64,000 bases of DNA from the human T2T-CHM13v2.0 reference genome, Homo sapiens. The position numbers and the translations under genes were made by a program. This document shows positions 1 to 12,529 of this stretch, one piece after another (the stretch's first letter is position 1; each line of letters opens with the position of its first letter). The notes beneath the pieces are model-generated. The model was given only the letters and a program-made list of their open reading frames with translations, searched no databases and was not told the DNA's origin. The stretch lies in NCBI RefSeq assembly GCF_009914755.1, contig NC_060936.1. One strand, written 5' to 3'.

Positions 1-1230
1 ACACTTGAAATCATCACTGTGTGGAACACACTCATTTGGAGGACTTTTGTACACATATTTTGTAGTGTCACATATATGTTTTAATTTTGAATTATACATA
101 AGGGAAGGTGGGGGAAGGGCATCATCTTCTCAGAGCTACTTTCCTCTGAACCTGGAAATGACTGGAACTAATATTACTTTGTGAAGTGTCCATTTACCAG
201 AATTGTTCTCTGTAGAGAGCAACTTTTGACTGTGGTAATGTAATTCTTGCACTAAGAACTATGTGTACTAGTCTCAAAAGCTGGGGACTCTGAGCCTTAC
301 CTAGAGTCTCAGCAGGTGGACCATTAAGATTAACATTTCTAGTAGGTGAGTTCAATCACAAAAATATTTCTTGTTCCATAGATTTTATTGTGGCCATGTC
401 AGTGAACACCCACAAGTTTTGCTCAGAATATTTTAGGTGTAAGCTAAATCCCTAAATTGTTCAGAGTTCCCACAGCCCTGTAGCAGCAGAGCGAGAACTT
501 TAACCAGACTTTTTCAATCCCAAAGCTAATCTGGAGGCCAACAGTGTTCAAAACCTTGGTGACTGAGGAACCATTTAGAGTTTTTTCAGGCTCAGGAATC
601 ACATGGTCGTTGTTGGGCTTGGGGTAAGTTTCACAGGCGATGAAGCTGACGTTGAGTCACTTGACTTCTGGAGCCATAATTTATTTTCTCCCAGCAACCT
701 CCTACTGGGGATTCTCATGTTTATGGATACAGTTTGGCAATCACTACATTGAATGTAGTCTTTTAAAAAAATTAACTTATGCTATTAGTTGACCCATCAT
801 TGCTAATTTTGGCCCACACAGTGTTTGCATTACAAAAACCTGTTCTTTACTTCCTAGTCTTGTTTCAGTCTTAATATCAGAAGTTCTTGAGTTCAAAATA
901 AGCACAACATGTCATCCAGGGATGGCTAGCTTGTTTGGGATTCATCTAAACTGCTGGCAATATCTAGACAAAAACATTCCACAGTCCAGCTAATATGGTT
1001 GTCACAACTCTTGAAAAGGGCCCAACATCTGGATGGCAAGTGAAAATGTGATCAGGGTTTAAGAACTACCCACTAATAAATAAACATGGAGCTATTTCCA
1101 TGTCTTGGGTGTTGTGTTTCTAAGAAGAGACAGCCTTTCCATCAGAAAATTTCTGGGAGGGAAGAAAAAGAACAGTTTTGATGAATTCGCTTTGCAAATC
1201 ATCATCCAATGTTCTTTGTAACCAGAAAGG

Positions 1231-1251
1231 TTTTCTTCTGCTTTCTTGCAG
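1231..1251 (+). other. SSPN: Splice acceptor (polypyrimidine tract + CAG) of the SSPN last exon
   Basis: ttttcttctgctttcttgcag lies directly before the in-frame CTG. Confidence 0.93.
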
Positions 1252-1617
1252 CTGTTATACTTTCTGCTGAGTGCCCTGGGCCTGACGGTCTGTGTGCTGG
1301 CCGTGGCCTTTGCCGCCCACCACTATTCGCAGCTCACACAGTTTACCTGTGAGACCACACTCGACTCTTGCCAGTGCAAACTGCCCTCCTCGGAGCCGCT
1401 CAGCAGGACCTTTGTTTACCGGGATGTGACGGACTGTACCAGCGTCACTGGCACTTTCAAACTGTTCTTACTCATCCAGATGATTCTTAATTTGGTCTGC
1501 GGCCTTGTGTGCTTGTTGGCCTGCTTTGTGATGTGGAAACATAGGTACCAGGTCTTCTATGTGGGTGTCAGGATATGCTCCCTCACGGCTTCCGAAGGCC
1601 CCCAGCAAAAGATCTAA
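1252..1617 (+). CDS. SSPN: Sarcospan, last coding exon: TM3, Cys-rich large extracellular loop, TM4 and C-terminal tail
   Basis: Translation LLYFLLSALGLTVCVLAVAFAAHHYSQ...WKHRYQVFYVGVRICSLTASEGPQQKI* matches the sarcospan C-terminus. Preceded by the acceptor ttttcttctgctttcttgcag (phase 0). Stop TAA at 1615-1617. Confidence 0.97.
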   Translation: MLYFLLSALGLTVCVLAVAFAAHHYSQLTQFTCETTLDSCQCKLPSSEPLSRTFVYRDVTDCTSVTGTFKLFLLIQMILNLVCGLVCLLACFVMWKHRYQVFYVGVRICSLTASEGPQQKI

Positions 1618-1714
1618 CATTCTTGCTCAAAGTTGCGAGAGAAAGTAGCACATGGAGTAGCTGAGGTTAAACAAACAAAAAAAAATTTTAAACAAAGAAA
1701 GGAAAAAAATTGAC

Positions 1715-1720
1715 AATAAA
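1715..1720 (+). terminator. Possible proximal polyadenylation signal
   Basis: AATAAA ~100 nt after the stop, followed by U-rich sequence. Confidence 0.3.
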
Positions 1721-3475
1721 AGTCACTCTTCTAATTGAATATTTTTATATTTTTATGAAACAAAAGAGCATTTCTTCAGGTTTCTATTGTATTTTTTTTA
1801 ACATTCTTGCAGAGAAAGCAAGATCCAAATTGATTTTGGGATATTAAAAGTTAACAGAACACTGAACAAGGAAAGAATGGCATAGATCTATCTTTACAGT
1901 CTGGAGTTAATTCCTGTTAACTCATTTTATCCATTCCTTACATAATCTTCTTTCCTGTTAGTCCAGTTTGATGGTGTGAATGGTGAATTTCAGGCCCAGT
2001 TGCTAAATTTTGTGGCATCTTCCTCTAGTCCTTCCCACCTCCAGTCATCAGCCCCACTCTGTCTTGGAGACAGGCAGGAGGTGGGGGAAGAGCTGAATCT
2101 CTTTATTTTCCCTGGTAGAGACATCTTCAAGGCATGAAATAGCTTAAAGAGCAGAGTAGAAATGGAAGAGGCTTTGCAAAAGGCTAGATAACTAACAACA
2201 CCTGGGTTGGGGCGGCGGCCTCTTCTCTTCAGCTCCCTTAGCTTGGCTCCGTAAGTGGATCACTTGCCAAATGCTTTAGATGATTGCCTCTCAATAATTG
2301 AAAGGTGGTGGTAGTTGTATTCTAAATGATGTAGAAGGTTTAAAAATAATTACATTATGCTTCTATTCTATCATCTAAAACAAATCATTAAAACTAATTT
2401 CTAGCTAATTGTTAATTATAATTATGCTCAGAAGTCTATTTAATGAGCTCTGACTGTACTTACGCTGCACTGTCGGTGTTAAGAGAAATTACTCTCACAA
2501 GAGCAGAGGCCTGAAGATTCTTTCTTCTGAAAGCCAAGCACCACAAGGAAAAAAAAATTATTAATAGCTCAGGTTAAAAACACCCATTTAAACAAAAACA
2601 AGAGCATTTGTAATAGGAAGTGTTTATACAAACAGCACATTTGTGATATGTTGAAAAGCATCTCTCTTGGCAACCAATCTATGTTTGAGGAAGATTGGGT
2701 AATGCTGATGTGTTCCATTCATGAAACTGTATTTGATACATAATCCTATTATTAATTCGTATGCTTAGTCAACCTAGGAAATCAAAATAATGTTTTGAAG
2801 TTCTTATTTGAGCAATATGGCCTTGACTTGGAGGGTAGTTTTAGTTGTTTTGTTTTTAAGTGACTGTGGTTTAAAGCACAAATGCCCCAAGGTGGGGAGA
2901 CTTCTCTCTTGTGATTATTGTTGCTATTAAATTCTGAACTGTATCCATATTTTAAGGAAGGAGCTAAAAATGGAAATTCATGAAACATAAATGGTATCAA
3001 GAACTTTATCAGTATGCTTTGTTGAAAGCAGAAATTAAGATAATAATTGAGTTCAATTCGCCTCTCCGCATTGCCTATTGATACACTTTACTAATCATGA
3101 AATTCTAACCTAAAAGGAAAACATTTTCCTGCTTGTCTTAGAAGAAAGTGGAATAATTCCACTGATTGTGATAATGGTTTCAATTTCTACACAATATAAA
3201 TATCCAGTATAAAGGAAAGCGTTAAGTCGGTAAGCTAGAGGATTGTAAATATCTTTTATGTCCTCTAGATAAAACACCCGATTAACAGATGTTAAACCTT
3301 TTAATGTTTTGATTTGCTTTAAAAATGGCCTTCCTACACATTAGCTCCAGCTAAAAAGACACATTGGAGAGCTTAGAGGATAAGTCTCTGGAGCAGAATT
3401 TATCACACACAAAAGTTACACCAACAGAATACCAAGCAGAATGATGAGGACCTGTAAAATACCTTGTGCCCTATT

Positions 3476-3498
3476 AAAAAAAAAAAAAAAAAAAAAAA
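3476..3498 (+). repeat. Genomic poly(A) tract in the 3' UTR
   Basis: Run of about 23 A. Confidence 0.95.
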
Positions 3499-3874
3499 GC
3501 CAGTAACTGAATCCATTTTGATTTTTGGTTGAGTTTCCTACACAAAGAAGAAAATAACTGAGAATCTGGAATGTTGTAGTCCATCCTTTAAAGAGTAAGA
3601 AAGTAGCAGTTAATGCTAGTAACCGTGAATTAGGCACCACTGAAAGCACATCCCGAATTTCTTTAACAACAACATTTTATAGTGAACACTACAAGTTTTT
3701 ATATTTAAAAATTAAGACTCTGTATATCCTTAAGGTGCTCTATGCTTTACCAGTAATTCACAGGGTATTTCAAATGGTAGAATCATTTTAGCTTCTGTGC
3801 TTCCTTTTTCTAAATAATGCAACTTGTAAGAGTTGACATTGTAATAAGCTTTATAATAGTATAACCGTCAGGAG

Positions 3875-3932
3875 ATATATATATATATATACACATACAC
3901 ACACACACACACATATATACTATACATATATA
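3875..3932. repeat. Compound (TA)n(CA)n microsatellite
   Basis: Read directly from the sequence. Confidence 0.9.
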
Positions 3933-5292
3933 AAATGGGGATATTACTATTGTATGATTAAATCATTCTTAAGTCCCCAAGGAAAAAAAATCATAAACAA
4001 ATAGAAAGAACTAAACAGAAAAGAAAGAAAGAAAAGATCCCTTTGCTATGAGCTCGCTGTATATTGATAAGTGTAAGAATTGTGTTGCATGAATAACCGC
4101 TTTGGGCTGGATTTGAAGTATTTTGATGTTGTGTTTTGCAAATATTGAAGTTACAATAATGGCAACAGAAAAGGAACAGATACACAGCTTTACACTTAGC
4201 AGAATGTTACATTTAAAATCTGACAAGGCGCCAAGATGGTGACTGTCTCCTCTAAACCACGAAAGAGTAAGATTTGTGCAACCCTCCTCCTCTTCCACCT
4301 CCTTCAGGAGAATTAAATGAATCAAGACTTTGGAAAGACGGGGAAGAGCCGGGACTTGGCAGTACTTGAAACAGGAGGAATACACCAGCCTAAATGTACA
4401 GACTTTGTAGCCGAGCCCACTCGATCGGTCTGTGCCTTCACGTGACCACCATCTGTGCCTCCCTCGCTCCATCCAAATTTGTGTAGGCTGCTCCTTGGAG
4501 CTATGCCTAAAATATAGCTACACCAGAGCCCTGGAAACTGTAGTCAAGTAACAGGCCTCACTGTTTTTTTTCTTTGGATTAAAAGTGTATATCTCTCTAC
4601 TGAGGGGTTTCCAGCTTTACACTTCTATAGGTTGTTCTGACAGTGAGAACACATTATGTACATGTTTTCTATTCATGTCCAGGGCATGAGAATCTTAATA
4701 TTCTTATACTTCCCTTTTTGCATGCAGTATGTCTGGAATATGTTTATAAAATTTTAGCAAGGGGTGAGATCAAGGGACAAAGGTAGAGTGGTTATTTAAA
4801 GACAATCAGAAATGAACTTAAAAGCTGCCCTGCAAAACCAATCCTTTCCTATCATGAAGAGTACCTTCATATTTTCTAGAGATTGTCTCTGAACCGTTGC
4901 TACATAGCCATAAATTTCTGTAAATCATGTTGGCTATCAGTTCTTGCTATTCTCAGAGCACTCTATCATGTTTTTAGGTGTATATTGTGTATTCAGGATA
5001 GCATTAAAAAGAACTGATGGCAAATGTATTGACTCACAGTGGAAACATTCATTTGGATGAAGAATTAGTGGTTTAGCCTTTGAAATGAATACCTTGAATC
5101 ATTTCTTCTGATTTTCTAGTAGTTTATTATCTCAAATGATTATTATCCCCTTCAAAAATACTGGTCTGTACTTTGGTGTTGTGGTTTCATTTTTCTGGCA
5201 TTGATCAAATAGCAAATACAAAATAAAGCATTTCTACATGTTTGAGGTGGTTGTTTTTAAAGGGGATATGTGTAATGCAGATTTTCTTTATT

Positions 5293-5298
5293 AATAAA
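5293..5298 (+). terminator. Probable distal polyadenylation signal (second AATAAA at 5223-5228)
   Basis: AATAAA with a U-rich upstream region and GU-rich downstream sequence (ctgtttggacgtgcttt). Confidence 0.65.
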
Positions 5299-5809
5299 AT
5301 TTTCATAATCTCTGAAAACACTGTTTGGACGTGCTTTAAAGTAACTTATGTTACAGATGAACTGGTACACATAAAATCTCTCAAGTTAGTGTTTATTTCA
5401 AAAATCTGTTTTTGGAAAGACAAAAACCAATATTCACTGTGACTCCTTTGTTCCAGTGACTGTCTCTGCTTTGCTACTCTGTATCCATCGTAGAAGTCAA
5501 GGTTGTAATTGTTCCCAAGGCAAAGAGAGTCTGGCTGGAAAAAGTCTTGTAAAACGTACCTGGAATGCTGATTCTTACTTTATATCTACCAATAGCAACT
5601 AAAGTTTGTCCTGAAGAATGGGATTCACAAGTCATATTCTCTATTTTATTATAAAGAAAAACAGACAGCCTTTTCCATTTCAGATCAGAACCCAAGTCTG
5701 AGGCAATTTAAACAGTTGATTATACTGTAAAATACAGTGGTTCTTTTTATGTTCTTAGTAAAGCCCAGGACTCATAAGCCCAGAACACACTCTCTGATCT
5801 AAATTTTCT

Positions 5810-6833
5810 TTTCTTTTCTTTTTCTTTCTTTCTTTCTTTTTTTTTTTTTTTTTTAATTATACTTTAAGTTCTGGGATACATGTGCAGAATGTTCAGGTTT
5901 GTTACATAGGTGTACACATGCCATGGTGGTTTGCTGCACCGATCAACCCGTCATCTACATTAGGTGTTTCTCTTAATGCTATCCCTCCCCTAGCCCCCCA
6001 CTCCCCGACAGTCCCCGGTGTGTGATGTTCCCCTCTCTGTGTCCATGTGTTCTCATTGTTCAACTCCCACTTATTAGTGAGAACATGTGGTGTTTGGTTT
6101 TCTGTTCCTGTGTTAGTTTGCTGAGAATGATGGTTTCCAGTTTCATCCATGTCCCTGCAAAGGACATGAACTCATCCTTTTTAATGGCTGCATAGTATTC
6201 CATGGTGTCTATGTGCCACATTTGCTTTATCCAGTCTATCATTGATGGGCATTTGGGTTGGTTCCAAGTCTTTGCTATTGTGAGTAGTGCTGCAATAAAC
6301 ATACATGTGCATGTGTCTTTATAGTAGAATGATTCATAACTCTTTGGGTATATACCCAGTAATGGGATTGCTGGGTGAAATGATATTTCTGGTTCTAGAT
6401 CCTTGGGGAATTGACACACTGCCTTCCACAATGGTTTAACTAATTTACACTTCCACCAACATTGTAAAAGCGTTCCTATTTCTCCACATCCTCTCCAGCA
6501 TCTGTTGTTTCCTGACTTTTTAATGATCGCCATTCTAACTGGTGTAAGATGGTATCTCATTGTTGTTTTGATTTGCATGATGAGCTTTTTTTCATATGTT
6601 TTTTGGCTGTATAAATTGACAAATGGGATCTAATTAAACTAAAAAACATCTGCACAGCAAAAGAAACTATTATTAGAGTGAACAGGCAACCTACAGAATG
6701 GGAGAAAATTTTTGCAATCTATCCGTCTGACAAAGGGCTAATATCCAGAATCTACAAGGAACTTAAACAAATTTACAAGAAAAAAACAACCCCATCAAAA
6801 AGTGGATGAAGGATATGAACAGACACTTCTCAA
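5810..6833 (-). mobile_element. 5'-truncated, 5'-inverted L1PA (L1PA7/8-like)
   Basis: T-rich tail 5810-5853; antisense L1 3' UTR and ORF2 C-terminus to ~6616; then a sense-oriented ORF2 piece 6613-6833. Degenerate TSD tgatctaaattttct / tgatctggactttct. Confidence 0.92.
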
Positions 6834-6869
6834 TGATCTGGACTTTCTATCATTCATGTTAAGGTGGTA

Positions 6870-7060
6870 GGGCCTCGAGTTGCAAGTCTGGCTGCCACTT
6901 ACTGCTGTGTGACTTTGGGCAAAGCATTCCATCTGCAGTTTCCTCATGTGTAAAGTGGAGAAAAATATAACTACCTCACAGCAACATGGGGAAGGTTCAA
7001 TGAAACAGCACTTAGCAAAGCAACTGGCTTCTAGATGCTGCTTAATACACATTTGGTTTC
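6870..7060 (+). mobile_element. MIR SINE
   Basis: Core gccacttactgctgtgtgactttgggcaa...cagtttcctcatgtgtaaa. Confidence 0.75.
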
Positions 7061-10000
7061 TTCCTACCTTAGCCCAGTTCCACATAGCCTGGGACTTGTC
7101 TCCTCATTACTGCAGGCTCCTGTCCGCACATCAAAGTAGAAAAGGAGCGCTGCTTTACTGTGTGACTTCCTTGTTGTAAACCAGAAACATGAAATGGGCC
7201 TCAAACAGAAATCCTGCTTTTAAAATAAGATAGCACCAACTTTTGTAGCTAGACATATAGCACACAAAATTATGTATTGGTTGGATCCCTTTGTTGTTTT
7301 ACATATTTGGATGTGTCTTGAATGTGACTGTCTTCTCTCAATTCTTCTCCCAGGAAGAAGTAGAACTGGAGATATTCCTCCTGTGTTTCATATAACTTCT
7401 AACTTAATGTAATAGAAGCGTATTTTCCCCCAACTTTTAGAAACCAATCTTTTGTACATTATCAGTCCACCATATATTAGGTTATAATGTACAATTCCTC
7501 ATTTATTTTAAAAGCAACCATTAAGCACCTTTGGTATGCTTGACCCTGTGGGTCACTGATTCTCATTTAAGAATCATACAAGGTTTACTTTTGAGCACAA
7601 TCAGAAAATACCAAATGGAGCTTCATTCTGCAAACTGGATATGAAAACATTTACATGAACCTTCAAATTTGTGGCAGATTTAGTTATTGAAATTAAACAG
7701 CCATTAATTGACCTTTTCCCTTGATAGAGCCTATCTATCTTAATAGTTCATGATATGTTATTTTATTTTTCACTTAGCACATTCATATATTTTATAAGTT
7801 AAACTTTGTAAAGCATAAGACTAATATTAGATATTATATATTTTAAAATTCATATTGTAAGTGAAAATAAAACTAATATATGGGGATGCCAGCTCAGAGA
7901 CAACAACTCATTATTTCCAGCAAACATTTATTTATATATGTTTATTGATCCCTTCCAAAGCATGGGTACTTAGAGGAAGTTTTTTTGTTGTTGTTTGAGG
8001 GTGTCATTAGACAGGTCCTTTAATCAAAGGGATGGGGGAGATATATTCATGTCTACATGAACATACTATAACATAATATTAAAACATACTACAACAGTAA
8101 TACTAAAACACAGATTTTATCTGAGACATGAAGTCTTCTGTTTAACAAGACTCTCTGACTGAGGGATGAGGAAGCCTGGAGTCACTTTTGTGGGACAAGG
8201 GCTGGTCCTTCCTCTCCCACAGGAAAGCCTGCTGGAGAGGAAGGCAGGGCCCAGAATGGGACTGAGACCCACCTGGTGCTGCCAGGAATTGTGGAGGAGA
8301 CTTAGACAATACCCAACGAGGCAACTGAACAAGGAGAGGTCAGTGGGCGCTTTAGAGACCCCAAACCTGGAGACTTTGGACAGCACCTCTCTCTAGGCAG
8401 GGTGCCTTGTTTACTCTGTTTGATTTCCTACCCAGACATTTCCCCCCAGAAATTCTCACTGTGTTGTCTTTGCTTGGCCAGGTGTGATTGTAGAGAGCAG
8501 GAGGAGGACTCTCAAGGACCACAGGGGACAGTGGCACTGTGACCAGAGAAGATGAGAATAATCTTGTGAAATCCACCCCCAAGTGGTCTCTCTACGTTTT
8601 CCTAGACATGTGTTTGTTAGAGCACGGTTACCCAGGGAGGGCCTGAAAGTGGTGCGCCAGCCATAGTGAATTATCATAAGCAGAGGAAGCAGAGTCTGAA
8701 AATTATGTGATTAAAGCTGTCACTAACCTCAGTGGATTAGTTTTCATTCTTTCACTCAGGTATTTTTACAAAATAGATAACGTTCCTTCCTCAGATACTT
8801 TTGCTCGCAAGAGTAGACTTAATTTTTTATTAATTTTTCCCTAGATTGCAACAAAGTGACAAAAGGATGGTTATAAGATTGTAAAAGGAGAGATCACTGC
8901 TTCATTTTAATATGGGGAAGCTTAGGACTTGGGACATTGAGCATGGCTATTTAACCAGTGGCAGGGAATGTGCACTCTGGCAAATGCAGGGAGGAGTGAC
9001 ATCATGAGTGTACTTGGTGGCTGGACAAGGTGCCCACAAGTGAAAACGTGGATTCCATTTGGCCTGGCTTGAATTACAAGTAAAAGCATTGCTCCTGGTA
9101 CAATTCACGCCCACCCACCACTAGATTTTAATATTGTTCCAGACATTCCGGGAGAAACTATTAGAAAGGCTCTCTCCACCTGATTCATCTCTCTGTCCCC
9201 TCCTGGGATCCCTCTGCTCCTCCAGATAAGAAACTTCCTCCCCCAACCTTATTCCACAGCAAAATCTGCCCCTCCTTCATTTCCTGTCCCATTTCTATGG
9301 GACTCTATTAAGATATTATTGACTCAAGTGCTCATGCTGAATACAGAGATTTCTTCATAAATATGGTTTTCATTTTAACAGGCTATTTCTAACAATCAGA
9401 AAAACTTTCAGATCCAGAGAAATGCGGCACCCTGCCAAGGAGTGGAGACCCACCCAGTCATCCTTCAAACTCACCATGTAGGTGGCCACCCACTCTGTCT
9501 GACCAGAATTATCAGACTTTCAGGGCTCATGGGACTTGGAGAACATGGACCATCAGCCCCAGCCCTGGCTGTGGCTTGGAAACCTGTGTGGATCTGTGGC
9601 TAAACAGGTTGCTGGTTACAACTCTGTGCTCAGACTGGTGGAAGGGAGGTATCCAGAAGAAGCTGGCAGGAAGGGATTTTTCCTCCCGTGATTTCAGAGG
9701 ACATTTTACTGTGGAAGACAGGATGAGTGAAAGGGAAGAATTCATGCAGAACCTCTTTGCTCCCAGGGCCCGGCTCCCTAAGCATTCCTTGTGACAACTC
9801 ACCAAGGTTGACTGGCTTTGCTCAGACCCCTGAGCTTCTCTATTCATTCCACACAGAACACCCTCAGATACTGGCTGGGCTTCACAGTGCTGCCCAGAGG
9901 AGGACATGTCAGCCAATCAGCAGGAAAGATGCTCATTTCTTGTTGAAAAAGTCCCAAATTGTAACTTAACAGGGTGATCTCTCTCTCACTCTCTCTCTCT

Positions 10001-12529
10001 CTTTTTTTTTTTAATTTCCAGAATGTGTTTTTCCCCTAGAGTCCTTGAGCACAGACCTGCGGTTTTCTCTCTCCTGGTTTTACAGTCTATCTGCCTCAAG
10101 CCAAGAGACTTGGCTCTGCTCCCCCCTGACTCAGAGTCTCGGCTGGTAGCTGAACCCAGGAAGCCCTGGCCCCACGTCTCTCCCTGGAACCACCAGACCA
10201 CACAGCCTCCTGTGCTCAACCCTTTGGCTGGGTGTCCTGCCTCCTCTTTGTTTGGAAAGAGATGTCTTACGTAACTCCACAACCTTCTAAAGGCTCCATT
10301 GTCTTCCACTTGGGAGAGCTCAAAACAACCCATTAGTGACTTATGACTTATCACAAAGAGAATCTATTGCCCACATATCCACAGCCCCCATGGAGCTAGC
10401 CTCACCTATCTTACTTAGATCAATAATCAACAATGAGACTTAATGACTTGTGGTCTTTGGGAAATTATAAGTTCAGTACAAGGTGCAGGAAATACAAAGG
10501 CTAGTTCATCTATAGGTCACGGTACTTCGCCCAGGCAGCACATGAAAGTCATTTGTAATTCAAGATTGAGACAGGCATAAACAATTCTGATCTGATTATT
10601 CTTTTACTAATCTGATTTTGATAAACAGCTGATGAAAATGGAAGGTGTCTGGTCATCAGAGGAGAGATACTCAGGCAGTGAAATAAGTTTTCCTTATCTC
10701 ACTGGATAGGGATTTATTTCAAGGCTCCTATTAATAGCCCCTAATGCCAAGAACTGTGATCGCTGCCCTGGACTGCAAGAGCCTTCTGAGCAAAATGACA
10801 GAAACCCATTGGGTAGGGCATTCTCCTTCATTTTTATTTTCTATAAGTCTCTGATTAGCCCTGTTGGGAATTCTAGTAATTATTTTAAGCTGGCACCTTT
10901 AGGAAAAAAAATATATCTCTTAGGATTTAATTAAAAATGAAAAGAACCTCTGCATGATGTTGCCAAGGAGCTTTCACTGTTTAAGGCAGGGTGTAGACCA
11001 GGAAGAATAAAACACTCTGCACTAGGTGACATTTCCATCTGGTTCTGCTGCCAGAGCAGCCCTGGGGAGAGGAGCAGGAGAAAGAGAGGGGACAGCCTGC
11101 TCCAGCCTGCTCTCTCCTCCCCATGGACCTCATGGTCTTTCAAGGATCCTGCAAGTCCTTTGCTTCTTTCTTTCTGCAGCAGACATTTTCTCATCTGGGA
11201 CCAGCTATGTGACTTGTTTCAGGTGGAGGCACATTTCTTTCCCTGCTCAGTGACATGTGAGTCCTCGACAAGCTTTCAGAAGGGATTCCTGAACTTGGTG
11301 AGGCACAGCCATCTCCAACTGCCTTGTGGAGCATCCCTGGGCAGCATGCAGAGGAGAGGTGAGAGGCTGCCTACCCGTGCTGTGGCTGTCCCTCCCACCT
11401 CCCTTAAAGCCTCCACGTCAGGCGCCAGTCCACCAGGTTCACTGCGTGCATCTTTGGACAGCAGTTGCAAAACTGAGAGTTCCAGAAATTGTGCTACACT
11501 CAGTTTTGTGTATACATGTGGCTCAGGTCTCATCATCTTCAGCTCATCACATTTCAAAATGCTGAGAGTAGAAAGGGTTTCTCATTCTGGCTTTAAAAGA
11601 GAGATTTCCCCAAGGATCACACCTCTTCAGTCTTTGGGCCCAAGCTTCTTGAAGGAGCTACTTGCCTACTTTACAGGGCAAAATTTTAGAACACATAATT
11701 TGAAAACCCCACCAACTTTAATGTGAAAAAAAAAAATCAATTCCTTTTGATTTATTATCCCCAGGAGACAAGGTGAAGTTCAAGTCCACCTCAGATAAGA
11801 AAATGAAATTGCTTCCGTTTTATGTGAATACAATCTGCATCCAAAATGGGTGGGGCTACCTATACTGCAAGGACAAGAACTCAAAAGGCAGTGCTCGAAA
11901 TGCTCATGGAAGTGTCATTACAAATCCATTTTCTTTTTCAACACTAACTGACTAGGAATAATTTAGAATAGACATTAGGATGAAAGTCCTAACTATGAAT
12001 CTGTAAGAAATGGAAGAAATTACCAAGGGATCTTTGTATAAGCCCTATTTCTGCAGTATATTAAGTAAATCTTCTCTGAAGATTATTAATAAAATAGTAT
12101 AAAACACTCTTTCTAGAGTGTCTTCATTCAAATGCTACCCAAAAATTATAAGGAAAAAAGTTTTCCAACTGGAAATTATGGGAATTTACCAAGCCAATAG
12201 AGACTTCTAATAGAGTCATTTTCCCTTCTTATTTGTCCCCTGGCCTCTTCTGGCTCTAAAAATACTTCTAGTTTAGGAAATTTTAGAGACAAGATCAAAA
12301 ATGGGGAAGTTAAAGGACTGAAGCAAGGAGTAGAATTGAAATATCAATACATTATCACTTCAAGATCACAATAACAATAAAACTTAAAGCAAAAACTCCT
12401 TAAGAATCGTCTACATAGTTTAAGTACATAAAAATAACATGCAAACCATGCTCTTTAACTAGACTTGAGAAATCCCACGGAGTAATATTTTAAAGAGCTC
12501 TTGAATTAGTATTTATATGTATCGGAGAG

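Larger units (their letters stand above)
1618..5320 (+). other. SSPN: SSPN 3' UTR, long form; end approximate
   Basis: AT-rich stretch with no interspersed repeats I could recognise, running from the stop to AATAAA signals at 5223 and 5293. Confidence 0.7.

Noticed and set aside
1246-1251. ORF-track start 'MQ' for the 123-aa ORF
   Set aside because: TTGCAG is the splice acceptor, not a start codon; the upstream SSPN exons lie outside the window.
4011-4472. 153-aa minus-strand ORF
   Set aside because: Antisense to the SSPN UTR, no recognisable domain and a low-complexity end; likely chance.
4507-4517. MEF2-like site ctaaaatatag
   Set aside because: It has five A/T bases in the core rather than the four in CTA(A/T)4TAG.
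11160-11726. 188-aa plus-strand ORF, the longest in the track
   Set aside because: TTG start, Ser-rich, no recognisable homology or clear exon boundaries.
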